A stretch of 62,787 nucleotides of DNA, counting the filler. It is 4 parts of 4 records of this genome, joined end to end, with 100 filler letters (N's around TTAATTAATTAA, not from the genome) between each part and the next. Parts side by side here need not be neighbours in the genome. Positions count along the whole stretch, not along the records: positions 1 to 25,654 come from SRR22947725_1371; 3 more parts are not named here. One strand, given 5' to 3'. The notes below the pieces were generated by a model. It searched no databases. It saw only the letters and a program-made list of their open reading frames with translations, and was not told the origin of the DNA. Positions 10,354-20,626 of the stretch are shown here, piece after piece. Every line of letters starts with the position of its first letter. Positions within the stretch are counted from its first letter, which is position 1. The position numbers and the translations under genes are program-made.

Positions 10354-11732
10354 TCTAAAATTTTATTTAAACTGTTATTATTTCCAAAATATTTATTTTT
10401 AAATAATGTGTGATTAAATTTACCATTCAAAATAAGACTAATTTTGTCTTCTAATTCATCAGGTGATAAAATAAAGTTATTAGGAAAATCTTTAGAAATT
10501 TCGAAATAATCTCCCCATTTTCTGGTATTTAGAACTGCAAAAGGGATTTCAAAAATTGTTGACTCAATGATAGCTGTACTGTGAGATCCTATAACAATAT
10601 CAATATTTTTTAATGATTCACTGTATAAACCAGTTTTAGTTTTAATTTTGGTTAGTTCAGGATATTTATCAATTAGTTTATTATAAAAAAAGCAATTTTG
10701 ATCTCTAAGCTTAAAAATTATATTAAAGTTTGAATTGGAAACAATTTTTTTTATATAAGGATAAATTGAATCAACATCTATTAGCGGTTCGGTTATAAAG
10801 AGAATGTTTTTCTTTTTATTTTTATTTTTAACTAATTTATTTATTAAGTGATTATTTCTTAAATAACCCCAAGATTCTAAACGTGAGTAGTTATTAGACT
10901 GATCATTAAAATATTTTTTCCAAAATTCAGACCAGACAATAAAAATATCAGGTGAAAATTTTTTATTGCTATAAGAGATATGCTCATAGGACATATAAGT
11001 ATTAAAACTTAAACCATGCATAAATCCTAAAGTCTCTATATTTAAATTTTTTGAGGCCAAAAAGGGATAGATTTGACGGTATGAAACCTCCCATGGAATA
11101 AATTTTGTAACTTTTAATTTTTTGAAAATAAACTTTAAAATAAAAAACATGTTTTTTTCTCGAGTATGATTTGAAAAAAAGTTTGACAAAAAATTATTTT
11201 CTTCATTACTAAAATTAGTAATATTTATAGAAATTAAATCTTTTTTGAATAGATGTAATAATGGTTCTAAACAGTCATAATAAATGACTGGTCTTCTCCT
11301 TTGAAATAAGTTAAAAAAAAAAGTTCTGTAATCTACATTTCTTAATCTTATAATTTCAAAATAATTGATCTTACTATTTTCCAATTCTAGAATCAGATTT
11401 CCTAATCTAAAATCAGATTTTGTTTTGATATTATAAAAATCTCCAGACCATATTGCAATTTTTCTTTTTTTTGTAAGCAATAAAAAAAAAGAGAAAATAG
11501 AGTACAGAAAAGCAGTAAAATATATAGGAGAATTAATTATATAAGATTTAAATTTTGACAGACTATAATTATAATATTTAAATGTTCCCGAGACTTTTTT
11601 TAATGAAAAAAATCTATATACATCTGAATATAAGGTCAATAAATAAGGATATTCAATAATTTTATATGAATAAATTTTTTCTTCTTTAAAAATTAAATCA
11701 GTAATTTCTTTGGCGTCTTTTATATAACTCAT
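10335..11732 (-). CDS. Putative GT-B transferase, candidate CMP-ulosonic acid (sialyltransferase-like) transferase
   Basis: GFMHG, IVWSEFW and DIVIGSHSTAIIE motifs resemble CMP/CDP-donor GT-B enzymes; coupled to the KdsB-like gene. Confidence 0.5.
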   Translation of the reverse strand: MSYIKDAKEITDLIFKEEKIYSYKIIEYPYLLTLYSDVYRFFSLKKVSGTFKYYNYSLSKFKSYIINSPIYFTAFLYSIFSFFLLLTKKRKIAIWSGDFYNIKTKSDFRLGNLILELENSKINYFEIIRLRNVDYRTFFFNLFQRRRPVIYYDCLEPLLHLFKKDLISINITNFSNEENNFLSNFFSNHTREKNMFFILKFIFKKLKVTKFIPWEVSYRQIYPFLASKNLNIETLGFMHGLSFNTYMSYEHISYSNKKFSPDIFIVWSEFWKKYFNDQSNNYSRLESWGYLRNNHLINKLVKNKNKKKNILFITEPLIDVDSIYPYIKKIVSNSNFNIIFKLRDQNCFFYNKLIDKYPELTKIKTKTGLYSESLKNIDIVIGSHSTAIIESTIFEIPFAVLNTRKWGDYFEISKDFPNNFILSPDELEDKISLILNGKFNHTLFKNKYFGNNNSLNKILDWIKKK

Positions 11733-12475
11733 AAATCCTTATAGTCATTAAATAATTCATCAGACTCTAGAAGATTTTCAATAATTGGCACATCTGACAT
11801 TTCGTCTAAACTTACACAATTTTGATCTACAATTTCTGTTATTATTTTATATCCATTTTCAACGAATCTTAAATGTTCATGTTGGACTATAAGCTCCAAT
11901 GGAGTTGGATCTAAACTATCGTAAATTTCAAGAGCCTCTGGTCTAAAAGTCATTAAATGATATGCTTTTAAAAATTCATTAGCTTTACCATCTTTACTCA
12001 TTGGAATATCTGAACGAGAAATATATAAAATATGTTTATTAACATCGGTTACAATTTTAAAATCAGAGTAAGAATTCTTTATGGAATACTTAGTTAACAA
12101 CATAGATGCGATAGCATGCTTGTCATTTAAAAGTGTGTTAATAGAAATGTTAATGTCAATTGGCTGTAAAAGGGCTTCATCGCCATTTATCAAAACATAT
12201 AAATCGTAATCATTATATTTCTTTTTAACCTCCACCATTCTTTCGGTTGGATTTAAATGATTAACTGATGTCATCATAACTTTGGCACCTTTGGCCCTTG
12301 CGATTTCATAAATCTCTCTAGAATCGGTAGCTATAATAATATCCGTAATAGTAGTATTTTTTATAGCTCTATAATAAACATGCAGCAAACATTCAACTCC
12401 TTTTAATTTAAAGAGAGGTTTTCTTTTTATTCTTGATGACTCTAATCTTGCCGGTATAATTCCTAAAACTTTCAT
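11729..12475 (-). CDS. CMP-Kdo synthetase-like cytidylyltransferase (KdsB/KpsU family)
   Basis: IIPARLESSRIKRKPL; IATD; MTSVNH..PTER; NGDE; YISRSDIP; LE...EHLRFVENG. Confidence 0.88.
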   Translation of the reverse strand: MKVLGIIPARLESSRIKRKPLFKLKGVECLLHVYYRAIKNTTITDIIIATDSREIYEIARAKGAKVMMTSVNHLNPTERMVEVKKKYNDYDLYVLINGDEALLQPIDINISINTLLNDKHAIASMLLTKYSIKNSYSDFKIVTDVNKHILYISRSDIPMSKDGKANEFLKAYHLMTFRPEALEIYDSLDPTPLELIVQHEHLRFVENGYKIITEIVDQNCVSLDEMSDVPIIENLLESDELFNDYKDL

Positions 12476-13185
12476 AAATCAATGTTTTCTAAAGAATCTA
12501 TTAAAATTTTTCCATCCGTTGAAAAGGCTATATAATTATATTTTTCGGATTTAGCTTTTTGAAGATCTTTTTGACTCGTATTTACAACATGGGTTCCTTT
12601 TTGTAAATCATTTTTTTTAATTATTTTATTAAATCTTTCTACTACTTTTAAATATTCTAAACTATCAAATTCTCCAGGTTTGCCAATACTACTAGAAATA
12701 TCGTATGGACCTAACATATAAAAATCAATAGTATTTTTATATTTATTTGAATAATTTTCAAGAACAGACAAACCTTCTAAACTCTCAATTTGTATTCCAA
12801 TAATTGGTTTCATTTTATTTTTCAAAAAAGACTCCATATCCTTTCCGAAATTATTTTTTGGACAATATCCAACTCCTCTGGAACCAATTGGCCTAAAAAA
12901 GGAACCACTTATCAAAGAATCTATTTCATCTTTTGATCTCACATCAGATAAAATTATGCCATCATAGCCAAGGTCCAATAACCAACTGTAAAATTTACTG
13001 TCTCTACAAGAAACTCTTACAAATAATTTCTTTTTTGTTTTATTAGCTGAGGGAAATATTTCTAAATTATTATGACTTCCATGTTCTAAATCAATCACGT
13101 GAAAGTCAAAATTATATTTCTGTAAAATCTCAAAAACTTTGATAGAACCAAGTTGAAGCCATGACCCAATTTTTTGCTTAATCAT
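12472..13185 (-). CDS. HpcH/HpaI family class II pyruvate aldolase
   Basis: IDLEHG; PIGSRGVG; QIES; GPYDISSSIG. Confidence 0.9.
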   Translation of the reverse strand: MIKQKIGSWLQLGSIKVFEILQKYNFDFHVIDLEHGSHNNLEIFPSANKTKKKLFVRVSCRDSKFYSWLLDLGYDGIILSDVRSKDEIDSLISGSFFRPIGSRGVGYCPKNNFGKDMESFLKNKMKPIIGIQIESLEGLSVLENYSNKYKNTIDFYMLGPYDISSSIGKPGEFDSLEYLKVVERFNKIIKKNDLQKGTHVVNTSQKDLQKAKSEKYNYIAFSTDGKILIDSLENIDL

Positions 13186-13799
13186 AATAATTCACTAAAA
13201 TTTTTAATTATCCTAATATCATCATTTTTAAGTACTTTTCCTACACCAATAAAATTTACATTTACATCTTTTGAAGCTATATAATCCTTTGGAGAGTCTC
13301 CATAAAAAACCACATTCGATTCATTAGTTTTATATTTGAAAATTATTTCCCTTAAAGCACTTTGTTTTGACATATCCGACCCATAAACCTTTTCAAAATA
13401 ATGATTTAAATTACGGCTATTAATAATTGATACTAACTCCTTATCGGGTGTTGCGGAGGAAACAAACAATAAGCAATTTGGATCTTTATATAGTTTTGTC
13501 AAGTAATTTTCAACTCCTATAATGAATTCAGAAGCGAGTACTTTATCATAAACATTAGTTGAAAAAGATTTAAGTTTTTCTGAAATATTAAAATTACTAT
13601 CCTTGGATTTTAATATATTTTTTTCAATATGAGAGATTTTTACCTTTCTTGGAACGCCAGGGTTTAACTCTAAGTAAGATTTTATTTTAAAAAAATCATC
13701 ATCATACTTTGAGTCTTTATACAAATTGAAAAATTCATTTTCTTTAATTGATGCAGAATTCAAAATAACTCCGTCAAAATCAAAAACATGATAAATCAT
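13182..13799 (-). CDS. HAD family phosphatase
   Basis: FDFDGVILNS; VSSAT; K; YGDSPKD. Confidence 0.9.
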   Translation of the reverse strand: MIYHVFDFDGVILNSASIKENEFFNLYKDSKYDDDFFKIKSYLELNPGVPRKVKISHIEKNILKSKDSNFNISEKLKSFSTNVYDKVLASEFIIGVENYLTKLYKDPNCLLFVSSATPDKELVSIINSRNLNHYFEKVYGSDMSKQSALREIIFKYKTNESNVVFYGDSPKDYIASKDVNVNFIGVGKVLKNDDIRIIKNFSELL

Positions 13800-14509
13800 T
13801 TTTTTCTAAAGACTAAGTTAAAATGGGATTGCATAAAGTATGATGGCAAAAATCCAAATTTAGAAATCAAAAATCCAAATATGCCAAACCTTTTGAAGGG
13901 AGACCATCTTTTGGAGATTAGTTCAAACCCATTACTTTTAAAAATCTCAACAAGAATATTAGGATTTTGATGTAAGTGCCATTCAATGGATGGAGCAAAG
14001 GGACTTTTTAAACCTAAATCACCAAAAAAATTAGATTTAGCACAATCTGAGACTAAAATCAGGCCATTTTTATTTAGTAAAATATTCATCTTATGTACAA
14101 GTTCATTATAAATAATTTTTGAATTATGATCTTTGTCAAGTTTGATGTAAACATCTTCGTCCAAGTGATTAATAGTGTCGTGCATTGTTATTATATCGAA
14201 TTTTGATTCTGCTTCAAAATCCTGAAATGTTTTATTTATATAACTAACTTTTAAATCGTTAATAGTGTTGTCAATAAATGCACCACTACTACCAGCTAAA
14301 AAGGGTTCTAAATTTGAGCAACTTTTGGCTCCTTTGTACATTGAAAAGTAAGAACACAAACCTTTTCCTCCTCCAACATCAAGAACTTTTTTGCCTACAA
14401 AATTAAAATCTTTGAACAGCCAGTTCAAGTAATTATAGATCGTTTTGAATTTGTGATGATTCAAATCAAATGGCTTATATATTTCTTTAAATTTATTTTT
14501 CATATTCAA
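13796..14509 (-). CDS. Class I SAM-dependent methyltransferase
   Basis: VLDVGGGKG; FDIITMHDTINH; LLNKNG. Confidence 0.85.
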   Translation of the reverse strand: MNMKNKFKEIYKPFDLNHHKFKTIYNYLNWLFKDFNFVGKKVLDVGGGKGLCSYFSMYKGAKSCSNLEPFLAGSSGAFIDNTINDLKVSYINKTFQDFEAESKFDIITMHDTINHLDEDVYIKLDKDHNSKIIYNELVHKMNILLNKNGLILVSDCAKSNFFGDLGLKSPFAPSIEWHLHQNPNILVEIFKSNGFELISKRWSPFKRFGIFGFLISKFGFLPSYFMQSHFNLVFRKK

Positions 14510-15143
14510 TAGCTAAAATTTCTACTGGTGATCCATCAATTTTTTCATCAAAAAGAGATGATATTAATATACATGATTTGTGAATATCTAAATTGAGATT
14601 TTTTAAATTTAGATCCTCAAAAATTAAAATATTTTTATTCAAGAACAACTTATGAACTTTTCGTCCAATTTCTCTATTTTTTTTTGAGCTTATAGACAAG
14701 CTATTCATCATTATTGCTTTTAATGAAGTATATTTCTTCAAAATTTGGTTTGTTAACTCAATTGACATGCCTGGTGAATTTAAGTAGTATTCAGGATCAA
14801 CTCTCTCATAAGGGATAGGAATATTCACAATTAAACATTCTAAATTATTAATTTTTGGAAGAGTTTTAACGAAAAATAAATTATTATCAATATACGAGTC
14901 AACAACTGCAGCATTTTTATATTGAAAAAATCCACCCCAGTCATTGGCATTTTTACCATTTTTTACGAAATGTAGAGGATAATCTACATGAGTAGATGTG
15001 TGAGCCTTCATCTTTACATAAGTTTCATTACAGGAATCACCTTTAGAAATACTTTGAACCTGTTCAAAAATTGGTTTGTCTACACCTCCATAAACCGGAG
15101 TATGAGCATTAATTGAATGAGATAATCTACAAATTTTCATCAT
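14493..15143 (-). CDS. Cyclase (kynurenine formamidase-like) metallohydrolase family protein
   Basis: LSH..TPVYG; HTSTHVDYPLH (HxGTHxDxPxH variant); H..FL...IFEDL; DGSP. Confidence 0.82.
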   Translation of the reverse strand: MMKICRLSHSINAHTPVYGGVDKPIFEQVQSISKGDSCNETYVKMKAHTSTHVDYPLHFVKNGKNANDWGGFFQYKNAAVVDSYIDNNLFFVKTLPKINNLECLIVNIPIPYERVDPEYYLNSPGMSIELTNQILKKYTSLKAIMMNSLSISSKKNREIGRKVHKLFLNKNILIFEDLNLKNLNLDIHKSCILISSLFDEKIDGSPVEILAIEYEK

Positions 15144-16005
15144 TTTTAATTTTATTTAAACACTCAATAATTCCGTTTCCTAAGTCTACATATGAATCTA
15201 GAATAATTTTTTTTGGAATTTTTACTTCAAAATTATAAGGAGAAAATTTATAATGTCCTTCAAATTTTTCGTCTTTTAAATAATTAATTTCAATATTTCC
15301 TCCCATAATTTCATTTATCATTTCTAAAATCTCTGATACTCTGTGTTTTTGATAACCTGACAAAATAACATCTTCGGACACTTCATTTAAATCATCAAAA
15401 ATTTTAACTACATAATTGTTTACATCATCTACATGAATATACTCTCTCAATTCATCTCCAATTCCTGGTCGAGATATTTTTTTATACTTATACGCTGAGA
15501 CAAGACTATTATAAATAAAATTAAAATGATTTCCGTATGGACCATAAAGACTTCCAAGTTTGAGAATTGAATAATTTAAATTATACTTTTCTGAATAAAA
15601 TTTTATTAAATCCTCACAGGTACGTTTAGTGATTTTATATATTCCTCCTTGATTACTGTATACGTATATTGAACTTGAAAAAATTATTCTTCTAATATTA
15701 TTTTTTACGCACAATTTTAAAATATTATCAGTTCCTAAAATATTTACTGTTATACTTTTAGTTGAATTTTCACTTGCTTCATGAATATCAGCAATTGAGG
15801 CATAATGTACGACAACATCAATATCTTTGAAATGGTTTGAAATCGAATCTAAATTTGAAATATCTGCTTCAATATAATTAATATTATTAAGTCGATCATC
15901 GTGAGCTAAGTCTAAAGCATATGTTGTAACACTTTGATTAGAACTTAAAATTTTTAATAACGATTTCCCTAAAAACCCATTTGAACCTGTAACTAGTATT
16001 TTCAT
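15127..16005 (-). CDS. NAD-dependent epimerase/dehydratase (extended SDR)
   Basis: TGSNGFLG; FSSSIYVY; YKITK; GSLYGP; REYIHV. Confidence 0.88.
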   Translation of the reverse strand: MKILVTGSNGFLGKSLLKILSSNQSVTTYALDLAHDDRLNNINYIEADISNLDSISNHFKDIDVVVHYASIADIHEASENSTKSITVNILGTDNILKLCVKNNIRRIIFSSSIYVYSNQGGIYKITKRTCEDLIKFYSEKYNLNYSILKLGSLYGPYGNHFNFIYNSLVSAYKYKKISRPGIGDELREYIHVDDVNNYVVKIFDDLNEVSEDVILSGYQKHRVSEILEMINEIMGGNIEINYLKDEKFEGHYKFSPYNFEVKIPKKIILDSYVDLGNGIIECLNKIKNDENL

Positions 16006-16928
16006 AGCATTTTAAATCCTTTAATTAAATTTTCAACAGACATTTTGCCTTGGTTTTTAATATTGTCGCTTGTTCTTGATGCAATATGTGGTGTAATGAA
16101 AACTCTATTATTATTAACCAGTTTAGAATTTAAAAAATTAATTTCATCCTCTAAAACATCTGTAATATAGTATTTAATTTTATTATTATTTATTCCATTT
16201 AAAATGGCCGTTTCATTAACTATTTCACCTCTTGAAACATTTATAAGTATCATTTCGTTTTTAAATAAATTAACAACCTCATTATTAATAAGGCCTTTGG
16301 TATTTTTATTTAATGATAAACAAAGACAGATAACATCAGAATTTTTGTAAACCTCATTTATGTCATTTAGATAATTAGAGTTATTAATTTTTTTATGATC
16401 ATCTAAATTAATATCATAAATGAATAATTCATTAGCTAAAGGGATAAGTAATTTTTCTAAATCTTTACCAACATTTCCATAACCAATTATACCAATTTTG
16501 GAAGTCGATAAATCTCTTCCAATTAAACGATTCCATACAGAGTTGTGAGTGTCTATAACAGATAAAAATGTGTTTCTTAATCCAGAAATTATTGAACCTA
16601 AAGCGTGTTCTGCGACTGTTAAAGAATTGACTCCGGCACAATTAAATAATCGAATATTATTTATTTCAAGTGATTTTACGTCAATTTTATCTAATCCGAT
16701 TCCATATTTGGATACAACTTTTAATTTTGGAACGGATTTTTTTATAAATTCATCAGTAATAATGTCATCACCACAAATAATACCATCGTATAAATTAGCA
16801 AATTTAATCATTGAATTATTATCGTGAGGTCCAGGAAAATAATCAATATTTTTAAAGTGGGTTTCCAAAATAGTTTTATGATCCCCATCAACTTTCATAA
16901 AACTTGGGCTGGTTACTAAAATTTTCAT
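16002..16928 (-). CDS. D-isomer specific 2-hydroxyacid dehydrogenase (phosphoglycerate dehydrogenase-like, no ACT domain)
   Basis: SKYGIGLDKID; VAEH; GIIGYGNVG; INVSRG; DVLEDE; ITPHIAS. Confidence 0.9.
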   Translation of the reverse strand: MKILVTSPSFMKVDGDHKTILETHFKNIDYFPGPHDNNSMIKFANLYDGIICGDDIITDEFIKKSVPKLKVVSKYGIGLDKIDVKSLEINNIRLFNCAGVNSLTVAEHALGSIISGLRNTFLSVIDTHNSVWNRLIGRDLSTSKIGIIGYGNVGKDLEKLLIPLANELFIYDINLDDHKKINNSNYLNDINEVYKNSDVICLCLSLNKNTKGLINNEVVNLFKNEMILINVSRGEIVNETAILNGINNNKIKYYITDVLEDEINFLNSKLVNNNRVFITPHIASRTSDNIKNQGKMSVENLIKGFKML

Positions 16929-17742
16929 TTAATTCTACTATTAAAAAAATGTAATAAATTTGTAAAAAAAGATTTATTTTTAGGATAGCTTCTTAAAAAA
17001 GATGGAATGATTTGGAATCTTGTTCTATTAATAATAAACTTTTGCCAATACATCTTTATTTTTTTTGATAAAATAATCTTTCCATCATATCCATAAAATA
17101 CATAAGTTCTAAAATTAGAGTCATCTCTTAATTTATTGAGAATTAAATTGTTTTTAGCATTTGTTTTCAAATACTTACTTTTAAAAAAATTAGATTGGAT
17201 TTTGTAGTCTCAACTAAAGTATATCCTTTTTTTGTTGCTAAATGACATAAACTTTTAGCGCTAGAACCATGATTAGTCCTCATGTTTTTCTCCTGAACAA
17301 ACTCTACATCATTTGGAATAGAAAAATTGAACTCTATAATTACTATTGAGGGACTAAAATTTTCTAAGCTGTTCCATATATGATAATCATTACCATCAAC
17401 ATCAATACTTAAAATATCAAAAGAATTTGGAAAATGATTTTTTGCTAATATTTTGTCAAGAGAATTAGCTCCACTAAAATTAACAAATGTATTTTCAAAT
17501 TTAACATTACTAACATTTTTATAATTTTTAATCCCATCATTAACTTTTGATATATCACCTTCAATAAACAATAAATTATCATTATATTTTTTATTAAAAA
17601 ATGCAATATTTGAAAGATATAGTCCATCCCAACCCCCAAACTCAACAGAGTAGCCTGTCCTTAAAATATTATATTCTTTCATAATATCATCAACTATTAT
17701 ATCTTCATTATTTTGAGCAAAAGAATTTATTTTCACAATCAT
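16925..17742 (-). pseudogene. FkbM-like methyltransferase split by a one-base frameshift (ORFs 17167..17742 and 16925..17170)
   Basis: AQNNED, VEFGGWDG..LSN, IEGD, LSIDVDGNDY and IIEFN in the first ORF; the second ORF continues in the -1 frame at a T7-A4 run (17179-17189). Confidence 0.6.
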
Positions 17743-17746
17743 AATT

Positions 17747-18529
17747 TTAATTTTTATTTAGGATTAAATGATGATCTTTTTTTTGTGAATCGCAAGGCGA
17801 ATCAAGTGATGTTGGTATTTCAAATCGTTTTAAATCAGTTGTATTAAATTTATTATTAACAAATGTTATTTCTAAACAATCTGAAATTTTTAAATTTTCA
17901 CAAATAGGTGTGTAATTATTAAAGTGTATATGAACTATTTTATAATTCTTGTTTAAAGTATTAATAGAATCAAAAAAAAGTTCACTTTTTGAACAAATGT
18001 TATGAAATTCAAGTGAAACAGAATCAATTCTATCAGAATAATTAACTAAATCATCAATGATTGAATACTCATCTCCCTCGATATCTATAGATAATATTAC
18101 GTTCTCTTTTAAATTATTGTTTTTGAAAATATCACTTAATTTTAAAAAACCTGCTTTATTATTAGAAATGCCTTTTTTAAAAAATGAAATGTTTGGTTTT
18201 AATTCAAAGAAAAATAAAAATTGTATACTATTAATAAAATATTTAAATGATTTTGAAAAATTCAATTTTAAAAAAGAAACTATTGAACATTTTATAAAAA
18301 ACAGTAAATCAGAAACCAAATCATATGCAATTACTTTATTGTTTTTTAATTTGATATAATCTTTTTCAAAAGACCAATCATCTTTAATTCCTAATGAAAC
18401 TAATGTTTTTGAATTTTTTAATATATTTTCAGGAAATACATAACCACCATCATTTTTACTGCCAAATCTTCTAAGAGAATCGTTAGTCAGTTTATGAGGG
18501 ATTAAAATATTTATGTTACTATTTTTCAT
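17747..18529 (-). CDS. FkbM/Methyltransf_22-like methyltransferase
   Basis: RFGSKNDGGY; SLGI.DDWSFE; SIDIEGDEY; LEFH; VHIHFNN; LEITF. Confidence 0.8.
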   Translation of the reverse strand: MKNSNINILIPHKLTNDSLRRFGSKNDGGYVFPENILKNSKTLVSLGIKDDWSFEKDYIKLKNNKVIAYDLVSDLLFFIKCSIVSFLKLNFSKSFKYFINSIQFLFFFELKPNISFFKKGISNNKAGFLKLSDIFKNNNLKENVILSIDIEGDEYSIIDDLVNYSDRIDSVSLEFHNICSKSELFFDSINTLNKNYKIVHIHFNNYTPICENLKISDCLEITFVNNKFNTTDLKRFEIPTSLDSPCDSQKKDHHLILNKN

Positions 18530-19568
18530 ATTGATATGCTGAATTAATCTTTAAATAAAAATCATTAGAACTAAACTTATTTCTTATTGACAAACTGTTT
18601 TTGATATACATAAAGTCGTTTTGAATAAACTTATCAATTATAGTGCATAATGCAATGAATAATTGATCAGAATTGTTCTGATCAACCAAAAATCCATTAA
18701 AATTATTATCGATAATGTCCGTATTACCACAATCATGAGATCCAATAGTTGGTGTACCAAGAATATTGCTTTCAATATGAACTAACCCAAATCCCTCAAA
18801 ATGAAGATGGTTATCTATTTCAATATTTATTGAGGGTAAAACATTTACAATTGAAGATCTAATAAGTTTAATTAGATGATTATTACTAATACCGGAAAAA
18901 ACTTCAATTCTTTGATTTTTAGAAAATAGCTCAGAATGTTTTTTGTCAAAATTTCCAACTAAAACAAGATTAATATCGTTGTATCTATTTGTAATTTTCT
19001 CATAAGCTTTTAAAAGCACTTCCAAACCTTTTCTTTTTTTTGAATTGCCAATAAATAATATATGTTTTCTATTTTTCTGTATAACGTCATTATGCTCATT
19101 TTCTAAATAAAAATTAGAAAGTGGGTATATCATCTTTGATCTTACATTTTTAAATAAATTTTTAAATTTATTTTTAGTAAAAACAGAATCAAAAGTTACA
19201 GTTTTAATCTTATGTGATATTTTTTTAAATTTTTTTTCAAATAAATAACCATAAGTCCCATGAATTGTTTGAATAATATTTTTATGATTATAAAATTTAC
19301 ATATTTCAAATACTTTTTCTGAACAAAAATGTATTGAAATTGGTTTAAAAATTAAATGATAAATATTAATAAGAATTACATCAATAATTAAAGTATTGTA
19401 TAGCCTTAAAACTTTGACATTACTTGGAAAACTTCTTTCATAATTTGTACGTGAAATAATGTAAATTGATTTTTTTTTATCCCTGGATAGAATTACAGCA
19501 TTAGATGATGTGAATTCTCCCCAACCATTTTTTTTTAGTGAATCAGTTATTAAAAAAATATTACTCAC
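18519..19568 (-). CDS. Glycosyltransferase family 4
   Basis: NGWG; TIHGTY; RKGL; FEGFGLVHIES; likely GTG start at 19568 overlapping the upstream stop. Confidence 0.85.
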   Translation of the reverse strand: MSNIFLITDSLKKNGWGEFTSSNAVILSRDKKKSIYIISRTNYERSFPSNVKVLRLYNTLIIDVILINIYHLIFKPISIHFCSEKVFEICKFYNHKNIIQTIHGTYGYLFEKKFKKISHKIKTVTFDSVFTKNKFKNLFKNVRSKMIYPLSNFYLENEHNDVIQKNRKHILFIGNSKKRKGLEVLLKAYEKITNRYNDINLVLVGNFDKKHSELFSKNQRIEVFSGISNNHLIKLIRSSIVNVLPSINIEIDNHLHFEGFGLVHIESNILGTPTIGSHDCGNTDIIDNNFNGFLVDQNNSDQLFIALCTIIDKFIQNDFMYIKNSLSIRNKFSSNDFYLKINSAYQYEK

Positions 19569-20616
19569 TCTTATAGTATTTTTTATACCATAAAACGAAT
19601 GCATTTATACCCTTTGCAATTGTAGTTTCAGGTTTGAAATTGATATAATCATAAAGCTCTTTTACATCCGAGTGAGTTTTTGTAACATCACCAGGCTGTA
19701 TAGGCATGTTGTTTCTTTTAGCTTTTTTATTAAGAGATTTTTCGATTTGTAAAATATAATCATTTAATAAAACAGGAGACGAATTACCAATATTATAAAT
19801 TTTATATGGTGAGGAAGATGAACTTGGGTCAGGATTCAAATTATCCCATTCTCTATTTCCTTTAGGTGGATCTTTCTTCAATAATAAAAAAATAGACTTT
19901 ACTATATCATCTACATAAGTAAAATCTCTAATCATATCACCATGATTGTATACATCGATTGGCTTATTGTTCATTATAGCCTTTGCAAAAAGAAACAAAG
20001 CCATATCTGGTCTTCCCCAAGGACCATAAACAGTGAAAAACCTCAACCCAGTTGTAGGTAAATCAAAAAGATAACTATAACTGTGAGCTAACATTTCGTT
20101 TGATTTTTTTGTAGCAGCATATAGACTTATTGGATGCTCGCATGAATCTTTAGTAGATAATGGCATTTTTTTGTTTAATCCGTAAACGCTAGATGAACTT
20201 GCATATATCAAATGCTTTATCTTATATGTTTTACATAATTCAAGAATATTAAGAAAACCATCAATATTGCTCTTTGTGTAAGCAAAAGGATTTATCAAGG
20301 AATATCTTACCCCTGCCTGAGCGGCTAAATTAACTACATAATCAAGGTTATTATTCTTAAAAACTTGTTCTAATGGTTTATAATCTGCTATATCTGATTT
20401 AATAAAACTAAAATTATTATACTTTTCGCTTATAATAAGCTTATTAGATGATTCAAAATCATTAATACCAAGCTCTCTAAGTCTATCATATTTTAAATTG
20501 ATGTCATAATAATCGTTAATTATATCTAATCCAATAACATTAATACCATTTTCGACTAATATTTTACAAAGGTGAAAACCTATGAAACCTGCTGTACCTG
20601 TAACTAATACTTTCAT
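19561..20616 (-). CDS. UDP-glucuronate/UDP-GlcNAcA 4-epimerase (CapI-like)
   Basis: TGTAGFIG; NLAAQAGVRYS; YAATKKSNE; GLRFFTVYGPWGRPDMA; RDFTYVDD. Confidence 0.92.
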   Translation of the reverse strand: MKVLVTGTAGFIGFHLCKILVENGINVIGLDIINDYYDINLKYDRLRELGINDFESSNKLIISEKYNNFSFIKSDIADYKPLEQVFKNNNLDYVVNLAAQAGVRYSLINPFAYTKSNIDGFLNILELCKTYKIKHLIYASSSSVYGLNKKMPLSTKDSCEHPISLYAATKKSNEMLAHSYSYLFDLPTTGLRFFTVYGPWGRPDMALFLFAKAIMNNKPIDVYNHGDMIRDFTYVDDIVKSIFLLLKKDPPKGNREWDNLNPDPSSSSSPYKIYNIGNSSPVLLNDYILQIEKSLNKKAKRNNMPIQPGDVTKTHSDVKELYDYINFKPETTIAKGINAFVLWYKKYYKSE

Positions 20617-20626
20617 TATTTTAAGT

